This document shows, piece after piece, positions 20,618 to 32,511 of a DNA stretch of 64,000 nt. The notes under the pieces were generated by a model. That model worked only from the letters and a program-made list of their open reading frames with translations, was not told the origin of the DNA and did no database searches. The DNA comes from Diplonema japonicum. Its lineage: Eukaryota; Protista; Euglenozoa: Diplonemea. Where the stretch lies: the NCBI GenBank assembly GCA_964019335.1, contig OZ025732.1, positions 62,001 to 126,000 on the forward strand, in the 5' to 3' direction. Numbering within the stretch: position 1 is the stretch's first letter; every line of letters starts with the position of its first letter. The position numbers and the translations under genes were made by a program.

Positions 20618-21787
20618 CATATTTTGCTGCAGGTAGTGGATGAAAAACAAGGGAGCGTCTCAAAAGACTTTCCTTTGGAGGAAAGACCCAAACAAATCTT
20701 TTTTCCAAGATCTGCTGAAAAGTCCAAAAGAAAAAAAGATGCCGTCTGTACCTTTGTTTAATTTTCGCTTTATTCTAACTTACAATCATTTCAGGTACCT
20801 TTGTCTAATCCAGCTAGCAGTCAACCTTTCCAAATGTCGCATCTTGTCAGGGCAACAATTCTGTCTTGAAGAATGCGCCTTTTTTTTTTCTTTTTTTTTT
20901 TTTTCTTATAAGTAGAGACAAGGGGGACTTTCCAAGACAGGAACCTCCTTTATCTCATCTCTTTTTTTTTTTTCTTCCGAACAGAAAACAGAATTCTATT
21001 ATCGAGGCAGCAGTTGCAAGAACAAAAGGAACGAGGCTACCCTGTCGCAAAAAAAAAAAAAAAAAAAAAAAAAAGATCTCTGAAAGAAAAAAAATCGTTT
21101 TTTTTTTTTTTTAAACATTTCTTTAAAGCCCCATTTCTTTTTTTTTTTTTTTTATCTTTTGCTGCAGCATTGAACAGAAAGAGTGTTGCAAAGAGTCGGG
21201 GGGGAACCCCCCCCCCCCCCCCCCCGTCTTCCTCTCTCCACCCTTTTTTTTTAAAAAGAAAACACAGAATAAAGCAAGAACTTCTTAAACGAAAGGAATT
21301 TAAAAAAAAAAAATACTTCAGCTTGTAGGACGTTTAACTCGGTAACCCTAACTCTTTCTCCCCCCGTTGCAAAAAGAAAAAAAAAAAAAAGAAAAAATGC
21401 TACTGGAAGAATCTTCTTGTCATTTTTTTTTTCTTTTTTTTTTTTTTTTTTATTTCACCCTTCGTCATTTTCTTCACTCACTAGGGGCCTCATAATTTAA
21501 CGCGAAATGCGGGCCCTCGTGCAAAAAATTCGGGAACTCGAGTTAAATAATGACTCATAATTTGTTGGCAATAAATAGCTATATTTAGCAGTGATTGGAG
21601 ATAACATAAAGAAAGAGTTCGACAGCTGCAAACATTGCCAGACACATACGACGGCTATGTCGCCGATGATCTGATGGTGGAAGCCGGCACAGCCGCCGAA
21701 AAAGAAAGAGAAACCGCTGCTGAAAGGGGATAGGTGCAGGTAGTGGTTAAGGGACGTCTCACAAAAGACTTCCTTTAGCTCATAAAT

Positions 21788-21832
<45 letters not shown>

Positions 21833-22447
21833 CCGAGCAAAGAAATAATTTCTCACTGCCTCTCATACTTTTTTTTTTTGCTCGAGCGGGATGGAGGGGG
21901 GAAGAAGAAAAAAAAGTAAAACGGAACAACCCTTTCCTTCCTCCTAAAGAAAAAGAAAGTTTGCCAAGCTTATCTCTTTTTGTTTTAGCAATATTATTGT
22001 CGAGACTAAAAACTAGTTGATGGCAGCGTAATGAGCTATTTTATTAGGTAAAATTCCGCTCGTGCGCACAAACAAATGGAGCGCCAAACTAGTTTTTTTT
22101 TTCCTCTCCCTTTTACGAGTTTACTCAGTGCTTACTACCTTCAGTGCCCCCTGGACATTTCTTCTTTCTTTTTTTCAGGTAGAAGATAAGAACAAGGAGG
22201 GCGTCTCACAAAGACTTCCTTTACTCATATATATATTTGTGCACAAATCCAAAGATAAACTCCAGATGCAAAAAAAGAGGGGGAAAAAAAAAGGGGGGTC
22301 TTCTCGATCCTAAAGAAAAAAAAAAAAAAAAAAAAAAAAAAAAGAAAAGGCCGCCAAATCTGGTATGTAGAAGACTTACCTCCTTATCTTTGTCTATCTT
22401 GCTTTTCTTTCTTTTTTTTCTTTTTTTTTTTTTTTTTTTTTTTTTAT

Positions 22448-24150
22448 TACTGTAAAACGAATAATGTCGGACGGAAAAATTCTCGGACAGAAAAATTCCC
22501 GGACGGAAAAACTCCCGGACACCAAAAAAACCTGGACATTTTTCCGTCCGGGAGTTTTTCTGGGAAGAAGTTTTTTTACTTAAGGGGGGGTAGCAGCTCC
22601 CACCACGTTTGCCTGGAAGGGTTTTATTCCTTGTGCAGAGCCAAAATGTTTACCCTGCGTGGCAATTTTTCTTCCCCTTTCAATGCACCAACAAACAGCA
22701 CCCACGGGATCTTTAACTTCTCATAAACCCGTACTTCTTTCGTCAAATTGACCAGTTCGACTACCCAAGGCACGTTGAGCAGCTGGCTTGTGAGGGGCCC
22801 AACTTTGGTGCTGACACCCCCGGCCAGCTCACCCCCGAGAGGTGGAGGAGATAAACTCTTTACACCGGGCCGAGAAGGCTACGGCCTCTGCCTCGGTCAG
22901 AAGACGGCAGCAACAGGTTCAACAGAGCCCCCAGTTTCTTCCAGACGGAAATACTGGACGTTGCTATTCCACCCTACCACACCCTGGCCACCGCGACGCC
23001 GTGATAGCAGCGTATCGCCCAATACGGGATTTAGCATCCTTCGGGGGCTGAAAGGTTTTTGCTTGAGTCGATAGGTAAAACGGGCTTGGCGAGCCTATCC
23101 CAGCACAACAAATATGCACCTATGCAGAAGGGCTGCTGCGCGCCAATCCAGCCCGAAAGACAGACCTGGCAGACTGACAAAACTTTGCAGCAAGAAAGAC
23201 AAAAGCCGCAAGCCACCTCCGGAAAGCCCGGAAACGAGAAGGACAACGAGAAGGCACGCTGTTTAACAATGGAATTCAGGTCCATAATCGACACCCATAA
23301 AGTAAGGCCGGAATTGGTCTGGAATACGGGGTTAAAAACTAAAACGAAAAGGGGTGCTAAGGTCGTAAAAAGTCCGTGGCTTGGGGGACAAAACGGGCTA
23401 TAACCGAACAGCTGGCCGTTTCCTTGGCTGGATGGGTTGCATCCGCACTTAAATACAAAGGCAAAGCGGGAACGCAACCGGCAGGGATTATCCGTGCCCC
23501 GGTCAAGCACCCGCCCATCGAATGGAGCCTAACGGCATCGCCCAATCATTGGGCTAATTATGATACACGGTATCTGGGTTACGGAGCTGTTTCTTCCTTT
23601 TTGCTATAAATCATCGATTCCCATGGTTTTGCCGAACGGGCCGGTTCTGCTGCTTGTCGGCGACCACAACTCTCATACGACCTATGCCTATGGGTTGTAG
23701 AGTTGTGGGGTGTGTGAAAAAGAAATAAGAAAGAAGGAGCATAGTTAGTTTATTACTTTCGTGCACTTGAACACTTCAGAGAAGAGAGAAATAAAAAAAG
23801 AGAGAGGACATAAACAAAAGAAGAAAAAAAAGATCTATGCCTATGGGTTCGTAGAGTGGTTCGCAGGCGCAAACGTGCACATTGCTTTTGTCCCCCTGGG
23901 CTCACCTACATGGTTCAACCGATGGATATTGGGTTGAACGCAGCTGTAAAGCATCTATTAAGAAAGGTAGTAGGCCACACGAAGGCTCGACAAGCTGATT
24001 GCCTCAGGGGCAGCAAGGGAGGACAATGTTGCAGAAAGGGAACCCTGGGGGTTTCTTCGCGCGGTTGCCGTTTGCAGCCCTGGCCAGTATGTAGGTGGTA
24101 GTGGACCAGGCGCCTTACCTAAAAAAAATTCCCGGACGGAAAAAATCACC
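22448..24150 (+). mobile_element. Decayed pogo/Tigger-like (DDE_1) DNA transposon
   Basis: Frameshifted remnants PVLLLVGDHNSH (~23640) and PPGLTYMVQPMDIGLNAAVK (~23890). Left end TACTGTAAAA plus CCGGACGGAAAAA repeats. Confidence 0.75.
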
Positions 24151-24243
24151 AATTTTTTTTTTTCTTTTTTTTTTTTTTATTTTTTTAAAAAAAAAATCGC
24201 ATTACTTTAAAGATGCCCCCCTCTCCCAAAAAATAATAAAAAA

Positions 24244-25242
24244 ATGAGCATAGCAAAGTACATCGACCGGCAAACTGTCGCAAAGGCTTTGGTCCTGATT
24301 GTGCTGTGGGGTGTGTGCATCTACTTTGTTGTGAAGCTCAGCAGGGAGTACCAAGACTCTGGCCAGAAGAACACCGTCTCACAGGACATCCTTCGCGTGA
24401 CCTCCATGGAGGTACCATACTTCATTGTAGCAACCAGTGCGGGGGAGTGCAAGTGGAATATGTTGGGCTGCTCTTTCTTCAGAAACTCAACATTGACTAG
24501 CTGTTCTGAAGCGGTCACCTATCGAGATCTTACAGGAGAAGTTTCTTTTCTAAACGCAACACGAGCAAGGGAGCTAGGCGTGCTCTTCACCACCCCCTTT
24601 GACATTATCTTATGGAACTTTAAATTGGTGTTCGTTTCCAATGGTACCCCAGCGACCCCTGGTGCATGCAGGCTCTTAACCCACGATTTATTTGTGATAC
24701 CGGTGGGAGACCAGGCTACTATAGCTGACATTGTGAATGGGGGGAATAATCTAGATTTGAACCGGGTAGGCATTCCCTCGTACATTGGGTACGGCCAGCA
24801 TGCACACTTCACCTTCTCCCTCGAGCAGGAGATCTTCATCGGGAGCAACAAGCCTCAAAACACCACCACGTTCGGTCTGACACAGTTCCCCGTTTTCCCC
24901 AAGAAAGACGCCTTTCAACTTCGCATCAGCGCTGCCTCATTTTACGTCCGCCGTATTGTTCACAAGGAAGGCCAGTCGCTCATCGACCTCATGGGAGGGA
25001 TCTTCGGGTGGGTCGGGATCCTCACAGGAGCGTGTATCCAAAGTCTGTTCTCCACCCTGGTCGATGTCGCAGCGAAGGCCAAGAAGGAACAGGAGAAACA
25101 GATGAAAAAGAAGAAGCGGATGGATAGCCTTGGTGAAAATGACTTTGACAGCTTGAAGCAAAGCATGCTACCTGTGGATCTTACAGGCGATAAGGCAGCT
25201 GTACAGGGTGAGCGTATCGAGGTCGCGGTGTTCAATCTTTGA
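24244..25242 (+). CDS. Two-TM DEG/ENaC/PAC-like ion channel subunit
   Basis: Paralog of 15296; TM2 LIDLMGGIFGWVGILTGACIQSL. Confidence 0.7.
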   Translation: MSIAKYIDRQTVAKALVLIVLWGVCIYFVVKLSREYQDSGQKNTVSQDILRVTSMEVPYFIVATSAGECKWNMLGCSFFRNSTLTSCSEAVTYRDLTGEVSFLNATRARELGVLFTTPFDIILWNFKLVFVSNGTPATPGACRLLTHDLFVIPVGDQATIADIVNGGNNLDLNRVGIPSYIGYGQHAHFTFSLEQEIFIGSNKPQNTTTFGLTQFPVFPKKDAFQLRISAASFYVRRIVHKEGQSLIDLMGGIFGWVGILTGACIQSLFSTLVDVAAKAKKEQEKQMKKKKRMDSLGENDFDSLKQSMLPVDLTGDKAAVQGERIEVAVFNL

Positions 25243-25347
25243 TATACATAAAAAGAGTTTGGATACCTTCGACAGCTTGAAGACAGTGCTTCTTTCAAAT
25301 GTGAAAAAGAGGAGGGGTGTCACGTACGACTTACCACTTACGACTAG

Positions 25348-25378
<31 letters not shown>

Positions 25379-25464
25379 TTCTTACGAGAAAACAACAGGA
25401 CTATTCTAACTCGTTCCTCTTTTCTTTTTTTTTTTTTCTCTTCCGTTTTTTTTTTTTTTTTTTT

Positions 25465-25502
25465 CCAACCATTCTAAAGCTACAGTTTCTGTACTTTTAC
25501 AG
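25465..25502 (+). other. Spliced-leader (SL) exon relic
   Basis: CCAACCATTCTAAAGCTACAGTTTCTGTACTTT contains the euglenozoan SL core ACAGTTTCTGTACT. It closely resembles the diplonemid SL as I recall it. Confidence 0.8.
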
Positions 25503-26759
25503 GTGGTAGGGGCAGCAAACTGCACGAGCGCAGAATCTTGGTTACCGGGACGCCCCGGCTAGGGTTGAGTTACACACCGCACGCATTAAGGACACGACGC
25601 GGAACGCAGAAGAAGCTATGCGCCCCCTGTAATCAAGTAGATGGCCAGTGCTTCGTTGCACTTAACGCCACTTTAGTGTTGCAATCAAAGCCCCATTTTC
25701 TTTTTTTTTTTTTTTCTCTTGTTTTAATACAAAAAGGTAGGCACGCCACCGCAGTGGGCAGTGATCAGTGCGGTAGGCAGTTGCTAACCAGCTTTGTTTC
25801 CTATCAAAGAACCGTCTGTGGCTAGCCTTAAACAAGGAGGAGGGGAGGGGCAACGCGTTATTTTTTTTTTCTTCTTTTTTCTTTTTACTTTTTTTATCTT
25901 CGTTCAATAAACGCGTGCTCTTTCTTCAGTTCTCTCATCCCCCCTGTGGCTGGAGGGCTTGCGGCCTGACTGCAGTGCACTAGACTAGGCGAACGTCAAC
26001 GGCTCATAGCCGAGATATACGTACACCTTCCACCGGTTAAAAAATGGGTCTCCTCCCCCCCCCCCCCTTTCTTTTTCTTTTTCTTTTTGAAGATATGTTG
26101 AAACAAGGAGGGTGGCACGCCCTATTGAATTGTTTATCACGAAAAAAAGGGTACACGTTGTTCCAAAGCGGGCCAGATTTGCCCTTCAACAGTTTTTTAA
26201 AAAGCACCATTTTGATAAACATCAGCACCCAGTCATTTAAGGGATCCTTTTTATAAATATCCCGTTTTTCTTTTCCCGGAAAAAAAAAAAAAAAAGAAAG
26301 GACTCCTGCTGGTACAATGATAAAGCCAGGAGGACGGGGAAAAAAAAAAAGAATTTAAAAAAGAAAAGAAAAAAAAAAAAAAAAACAACCCTTTTGCAAG
26401 AACGACTCTTTGACTTTTGTCTAAACAAAAAGGGGGAACGTTGGCAATGTGTTTTCGGGTTTACAAACCTTCTCCAGGTTTTACCCAGAATATATACGGC
26501 TTGTTCCTCTTCTATTGATTTTGGTAAAATAAAGTGGACTTTATTTCTTTCTGTCCCGCGCACCGGCTGGGGTTGAGCATACCGCACGCATTAAGGACAC
26601 GACGCGGAACGCAGAAGAAGCTACTGCTCGGCCGAGGAGCGCCCCCTGTATTCAAGTAGGTAGTTCGTGCTTCATTGCACGCTTAACGCCACCTAGTGTT
26701 GCAATCAAAGCCCCATTTGTTTTGTAAAAAAAAGGGGGGGGGGAGGAATAAAAAGAAAA

Positions 26760-27764
26760 ATGAGCATAGCAAAGTACATCGACCGGCAAACTGTCGCAAA
26801 GGCTTTGGTCCTGATTGTGCTGTGGGGTGTGTGCATCTACTTTGTGGTGAAGCTCAGCAGGGAGTACCAAGAAGAAGGGCAGAAGAACACCGTCTCACAG
26901 GAGCTGAAGAGTGTAGCCTCCTTGGAGCTACCGTACTTCCTGGTCTCCACGCTCGTGGGAGGAGAGTGCAGGTGGATGATGAACGAGTGTATTTTCTTAG
27001 GGAACACAACCGTGGACTGCTCAGAGGCAGTAACTAATAATGTTCTTTCAGGTTCAGTTGCTCTCTTGAACGCCTCACGGGCAAGGGAGCTTGGCATGCG
27101 ATTCACGACACCCTTTGACATAGTGTCTTGGGGCTTCAAACTCATATTCACATCTAATCAGACATCTGCTTCTCTCGAAGCCTGTGGTCTTGAAGGCTTG
27201 CAACACTCGCAGTTCGTCATTCCCCTTGGCGATCAGAAGACAGTAGACAGGCTTGAAGAAGAACTAGACAATGACGACCTGAGGCGGATAGGCATTCCCT
27301 CGTACATTGGGTTCGGTCAGATGGCACACTTCACCTTCTCGCTCGAACAGGAGATCTTCATCGGGAGCAACAAGCCTCAAAACACCACCACGTTCGGTCT
27401 GACACAGTTTCTAAACTTCCCCAAGAAAGACGCCTTTCAACTTCGCATCAGCGCTGCCTCATTTTACGTCCGCCGTATCGTTCACAAGGAAGGCCAGTCG
27501 CTCATCGACCTCATGGGAGGGATCTTCGGGTGGGTCGGGATCCTCACAGGAGCGTGTATCCAAAGTCTGTTCTCCACCCTGGTCGATGTCGCAGCGAAGG
27601 CCAAGAAGGAACAGGAGAAACAGATGAAAAAGAAGAAGCGGATGGATAGCCTTGGTGAAAATGACTTTGACAGCTTGAAGCAAAGCATGCTACCTGTGGA
27701 TCTTACAGGCGATAAGGCAGCTGTACAGGGTGAGCGTATCGAGGTCGCGGTGTTCAATCTTTGA
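26760..27764 (+). CDS. Two-TM DEG/ENaC/PAC-like ion channel subunit
   Basis: Ends nearly identical to 24244; middle divergent. Confidence 0.7.
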   Translation: MSIAKYIDRQTVAKALVLIVLWGVCIYFVVKLSREYQEEGQKNTVSQELKSVASLELPYFLVSTLVGGECRWMMNECIFLGNTTVDCSEAVTNNVLSGSVALLNASRARELGMRFTTPFDIVSWGFKLIFTSNQTSASLEACGLEGLQHSQFVIPLGDQKTVDRLEEELDNDDLRRIGIPSYIGFGQMAHFTFSLEQEIFIGSNKPQNTTTFGLTQFLNFPKKDAFQLRISAASFYVRRIVHKEGQSLIDLMGGIFGWVGILTGACIQSLFSTLVDVAAKAKKEQEKQMKKKKRMDSLGENDFDSLKQSMLPVDLTGDKAAVQGERIEVAVFNL

Positions 27765-29880
27765 TATACATAATAAATAAAAAAAAAAGTTTTTGTTTTA
27801 ACAATATTATTGTCGAGACTAAAAACTAGTTGATGGCAGCGTAATGAGCTATTTTTATTAGGTAAAATTCCGCTCGTGCGCACAAACAAAGAAAATGTCA
27901 AAGGCACGTGTTCGAACTAGGGAAGGTTAAGTGGACGGACGTCGAGACATCGACATATCTGGCCCATGATCTGGGTAACCATTGCGCGAGGGGGGGATCT
28001 CGAGTGCCTACGGGCGAAAATGAAAACGAAGGCCCTCCCGCTCGTGCACACAAACAAATGAAGCGCCAAACTAGTTTTTTTCTCCCGCCTAAAGCTAGTT
28101 TCAAAAATGTGAAGAAGAGAGGGGGTAAAGGAAAACCAAATACGACTGGTTTTTCTTTACCACATTTTTTCTTTCTTTTTTTTTTTTTAATACTTGTTGC
28201 CCTCAGTGCCTCGTGTTTTCTTTTCTGTACAAAAGAAATCTTTTTTTTTTTTCCTCTTCTTCTTCTTTTCTTTTCTTTCTAACTCTTTTGCCCAATGTGT
28301 GCACTTCCCCAATGTTCGTTTCATCTCGACTGTCCCTTTTCTTGAAATGCAAAAGAAGTAAAAGTACAGGGGATGAAAGTGTAAGCGAACGTCTGATTCC
28401 TCCTTACTGCCCTTTTTCGATAATCTATGTTATCAATCCCATCTTATCTATCCGTATCCGTATCTAATCTTCGTTGATTTTTCTCTTTTGACATCCAGTG
28501 ACTGTGAGGTGGGTAAACCCCTTGGCCTCAGATGTCTTGTTTTGGCTTTGCTGTGTCGGACCCCCCCCCCCCCCCCCCCCCCAGACTCATTGTTAAGGTG
28601 GTTGAAGGCGTCATCGTTGTTGATTCATTTTTAGAAAATTCTTGTCTTCCGTCGGGGGGGTTACCAGTGATTTCCTTTTGACACTGTGAGCCAACCCCCT
28701 CATGTCAAGGCAGTATTCAGTGCTGCTTTCATTTGACACTCCGACTTTTTTTATTTATTTTTTTTTTTTATTTTACATTTCTTTTTTTTTTTCTCTTACT
28801 CTCTCCTGTCTCACTCAAAGACAAACGAGCGAAGCCTATGATGGCCCCTCCACAATAGGCTTCTTCAATTGACCCGAACGAACATAAACAAGGAAAATTC
28901 GACGGTCAAGAAGCAAAAAAGAAAGAAAAAAAAAAAAAAAAGAAGAAAATTTATTTTTTTTTTTTTTTCGTTCTTCTTTTTTTTTTTTTTCCTCTCTTGT
29001 TACAATATCAGTATGCCCAACCTTACGTACGTGGCTTGTGCAGGGCGGCACCAACACTGGGCCTTCTTTATCTCTTTTTTGATCCTTCTGTTTCGCGAAT
29101 AGACCCCCTTTTGTTTTCTTTTCTTTGATTAAACTAATAAATAAGGGGGGGAAAGAAAAGAAGTAGAAATCCAGCTGCCTTTCAAGCTTTGCATATTGCT
29201 GGTTTTCCCAGACCAACTCTTCCCACTCTTCATCAAGCACACACACCACAGTATGCTGCTTCACTTGGCAGAAAAAAGAGGGAAAAGTTGAATTACTAAA
29301 AAGAAATACCTCAGATGTGGTCCCTTTATCTCACTTTGTATTTTGGTACCGTTCGCTCTTCCTGACGGTTCCCTTCGTCCACAAAATAGGTGAGGTCTGG
29401 GGGGACAAACGCTAAGTGAACGTTTGTTTCTGAAAACAAGTTCACAAAAGCCTGCGTAATGCGGACATTGTAGTCATCAAAGATGAGGTTGTAGCAAAAA
29501 AAAAGGGAGCAACATATCTTCTACCCAGATTGTCTCAAATCCCTAACCTTGACGTCGCACTGGACGAGAAAGGTGAACCCCCCTCCGTTACTTTTGACAA
29601 CCTCACTTTTACCATTCTGCGTGTCGCTGCACGCCTCCCTAACCTTCGGGTCAGGTATCTCAGCGGACTGTTATTCTTTAACACCAATGTTGACAAAAAA
29701 AAATAAAAAAAAGAAGGCAACAAGCAACACAGGATATTGAAAGAAAACAAGAAAAGAGACCAAAACCATGAAAGGAAGCGAAGGACCATCGGCAGTGACG
29801 CTGCAGGCGAGGCTCCCACCTCTGAGACCATCAGCATTGAGGCAGTGGCTTCGGAGGAGATGCACAGTAGCCAAAAGAAA

Positions 29881-31071
29881 ATGAAAAGAAAGAGATCAAA
29901 TGAAGGAATGAACGATATGACAGTGTTCGTGAAGACGGGAGGCGGGGTTCACGATGTGGAAGTGTCGGGGAAGGAGACGGTGGGGAGCCTGTACAAGAAG
30001 GCGGGGTGTGCTGCTGGTTTACTCGAAGGCAAGTTCGAACTGGTTTGGGAGGGAGAGGTCCTGGACAGGAACGGCTGTGAAGATATCCAGGAACTCGGGC
30101 TCGTGGAGGGCAGCGTGCGTGGTCCATGTGGAGGCGAAGATGAGAACCGTTCAGCTGGAGGAGCTTGAGAGCTCAGAAGTGGTTTCAGAGCTTGAGGAGC
30201 TTGTGAGAGCTGACCCTGAGCTGGTTCTGGTGGTGGAGGTGGGGAACTCGCCAGCTGTCGAAGTCTTGTCCATGGACAGGACGGTCCTTCCTTCTGGACT
30301 TCGGTTCCTCGTTGTCACCGACTCCACAGGCTGTGTTACAAGGATAGGCTCTGGGTTTCTTCAAGAGTGCGACCACCTGACGTCTGTTGATCTCATCCTC
30401 CCCAATGTTTCCACCATTGATGAAAGTCTTTTATATGAGTGCAAAAATCTAGAAACCATCAACTTGAATGCGTTGACCAATCTTTCTTCCATTGGTGATG
30501 GCTTCTTGGAGGGGTGCGAAAAACTAGAAACCATCGACTTGAATGCGATGACCAATCTTTCTTCTATTGGTGATAGCTTCTTGTCTGGGTGCGAAAAACT
30601 AGAAACCATCGACTTGAATGCGTTGACCAATCTTTCTTCCATTGGTGGTCATGGCTTCTTGTGTAGGTGCAAAAAACTAGAAACCATCAACTTGAATGGG
30701 ATGACCAATCTTTCTTCTATTGGTGATCGCTTCTTGTCTGGGTGCAAAAAACTAGAAACCATCGACTTGAATGCGTTGACCAATCTTTCTTCTATTGGTC
30801 ATAACTTCTTGAAGGGGTGCAAAAAACTAGAAACCATCGACTTGAATGCGATGACCAATCTTTCTTCCATTGGGAAAGGCTTCTTGTTTGGGTGCGTAAA
30901 ACTAGAAACCATCAACTTGAATGCGATGACCAATCTTTCTTCTATTGGTCATAACTTCTTGAAGGGGTGCGAAAAATAGAAACCATCGACTTGAATACGT
31001 TGACCAATCTTTCTTCCATTGGTGATGGCTTCTTGGAGGGGTGCGTAAAACTAGAAACTGTCGACTTGAAT
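29881..31071 (+). pseudogene. UBL-LRR pseudogene, preceded by a UBL-ankyrin 5' fragment (29768-29861)
   Basis: Near-identical N-terminus to 46953, but a 4-nt GCGT duplication (~30116) and a 1-nt loss (~30976) break the frame. Confidence 0.85.
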
Positions 31072-31147
31072 TTAAGAAGAAAAAAAAGAAAAGTCGGTGT
31101 TTAGAAGAAGAAGAAAAAAAGAGGGGGAAAAAAGAAGAAAAAAGAAC

Positions 31148-31570
31148 ACCCTGGCGCTGAGAAACATCTTTGTGGAAAAACCAACGAAAAGCAATCCAAT
31201 ACCTCGAAGACACCGGGGACCTGCCCCCCTCCGCAACAACTCCACAACAACCATCTAACCTGCTGAAGTAGCATGCCGATCAGAAGGCGGCTGAGGCACT
31301 TGTCATTTAATCAGAATCCCGAGATCCCATCCCTGATCCCCAAATAGAGAGTGTACAATCCTGTTTCTCGCGGAAACAGAGAACCTACCCCCTCCCCACC
31401 ACAGCACCCGACCAATCAGATGCAGCAGTGTGAAAAAAAAAAAGCCCCCCTCTCCCCAAACAAAACAAACAAACAAACATTTCCCCACCCCCGATAACGT
31501 ATAATTAAGAAAAAAATATGGGGGATACTGAGGTCCGGCACCCTTAGTAGCCAAAAAAAAAAAAAAAAAA
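31148..31570 (+). mobile_element. Ingi-2 ORF end and 3' UTR fragment
   Basis: Matches 1170-1218 and 61378-61660. Confidence 0.75.
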
Positions 31571-32048
31571 GGAATAAAAAGAATTTTATCATTAAGAATT
31601 TTTTATTTTTATTTTTATTTTATTTATTCCTTGTTTTCCCTAAACAATGTTTTGGTCAAAACGTTCTTTTTAGGGAAGGAAAAAAAAAAAAAAAAAAAAG
31701 GAACAAAAGAAAGAGAAGAAAGCAATTGATTGTATGCCTCTCTTCTCCCTCTTATTTTTATTTTTATTTTAATTTTATTTTATTCACAGGGTGCCCCAAC
31801 CGGCTTCCTTTAAATCATCGAGCTTATTTTTATTTTTAGTTTTATATAACTCCAGTCAGATTTTCAAGGGTGGGAGTGAATATAATATTTCACCATTATT
31901 TCACTTTATTTTCATTGCAGATTTCAGGCTTGTTTTAGGAAGAAAACAGGGGCAGAAATGAAAATTACTTTTATGAGTGAATATAAAGTACTTTATATTC
32001 ACGCTTGCCCTATTTTCACTGCACAGCAAGGGGCCGGGGGCGAAAACA

Positions 32049-32455
32049 CAGATCTACGACCTCATTGTTGAGTCTGGCCTGCTCGCCTGGTCACGCTCCG
32101 GACTGTTCACCTCTCCATCATCCCTGGCGTCTGCAGACGTCACTGCACCTTCGAATGTGCCGCCCCCTCCTCCGGTCTCTCTTGATGCCGGTCCCGCGGC
32201 CCCCGTGCTGCGCTAAGGGACCTTGTGTCTCCCCATTCTCTCTTCCTCTCCTTGTTTTCCCATTTCCCCTTTCCTTTTATGATTCGCTCAATAGGAGCAA
32301 TACCTCCCTGGGGGGCTTTCCGCCGGAGGTTCCAGCCAAAGAATGACATCCAGCTTTCTCAGGTGTTGCTCTCCATGGCGGCCCTGCATTGGTATTTTGA
32401 AAAAAAAAAAAAAAAAAAAAAAAAGAAAACACAGAAAAAGAAAAGAAAAGAAAAG

Positions 32456-32511
<56 letters not shown>
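32049..32511 (+). mobile_element. Ingi-1 3'-end fragment with A-rich tail, abutting the full-length copy
   Basis: Matches 39545-40190 with internal deletions. Confidence 0.9.

Noticed and set aside
19450-22440. Numerous short K/F-rich ORFs
   Set aside because: Products of poly(A)/poly(T) tracts and repeat debris.
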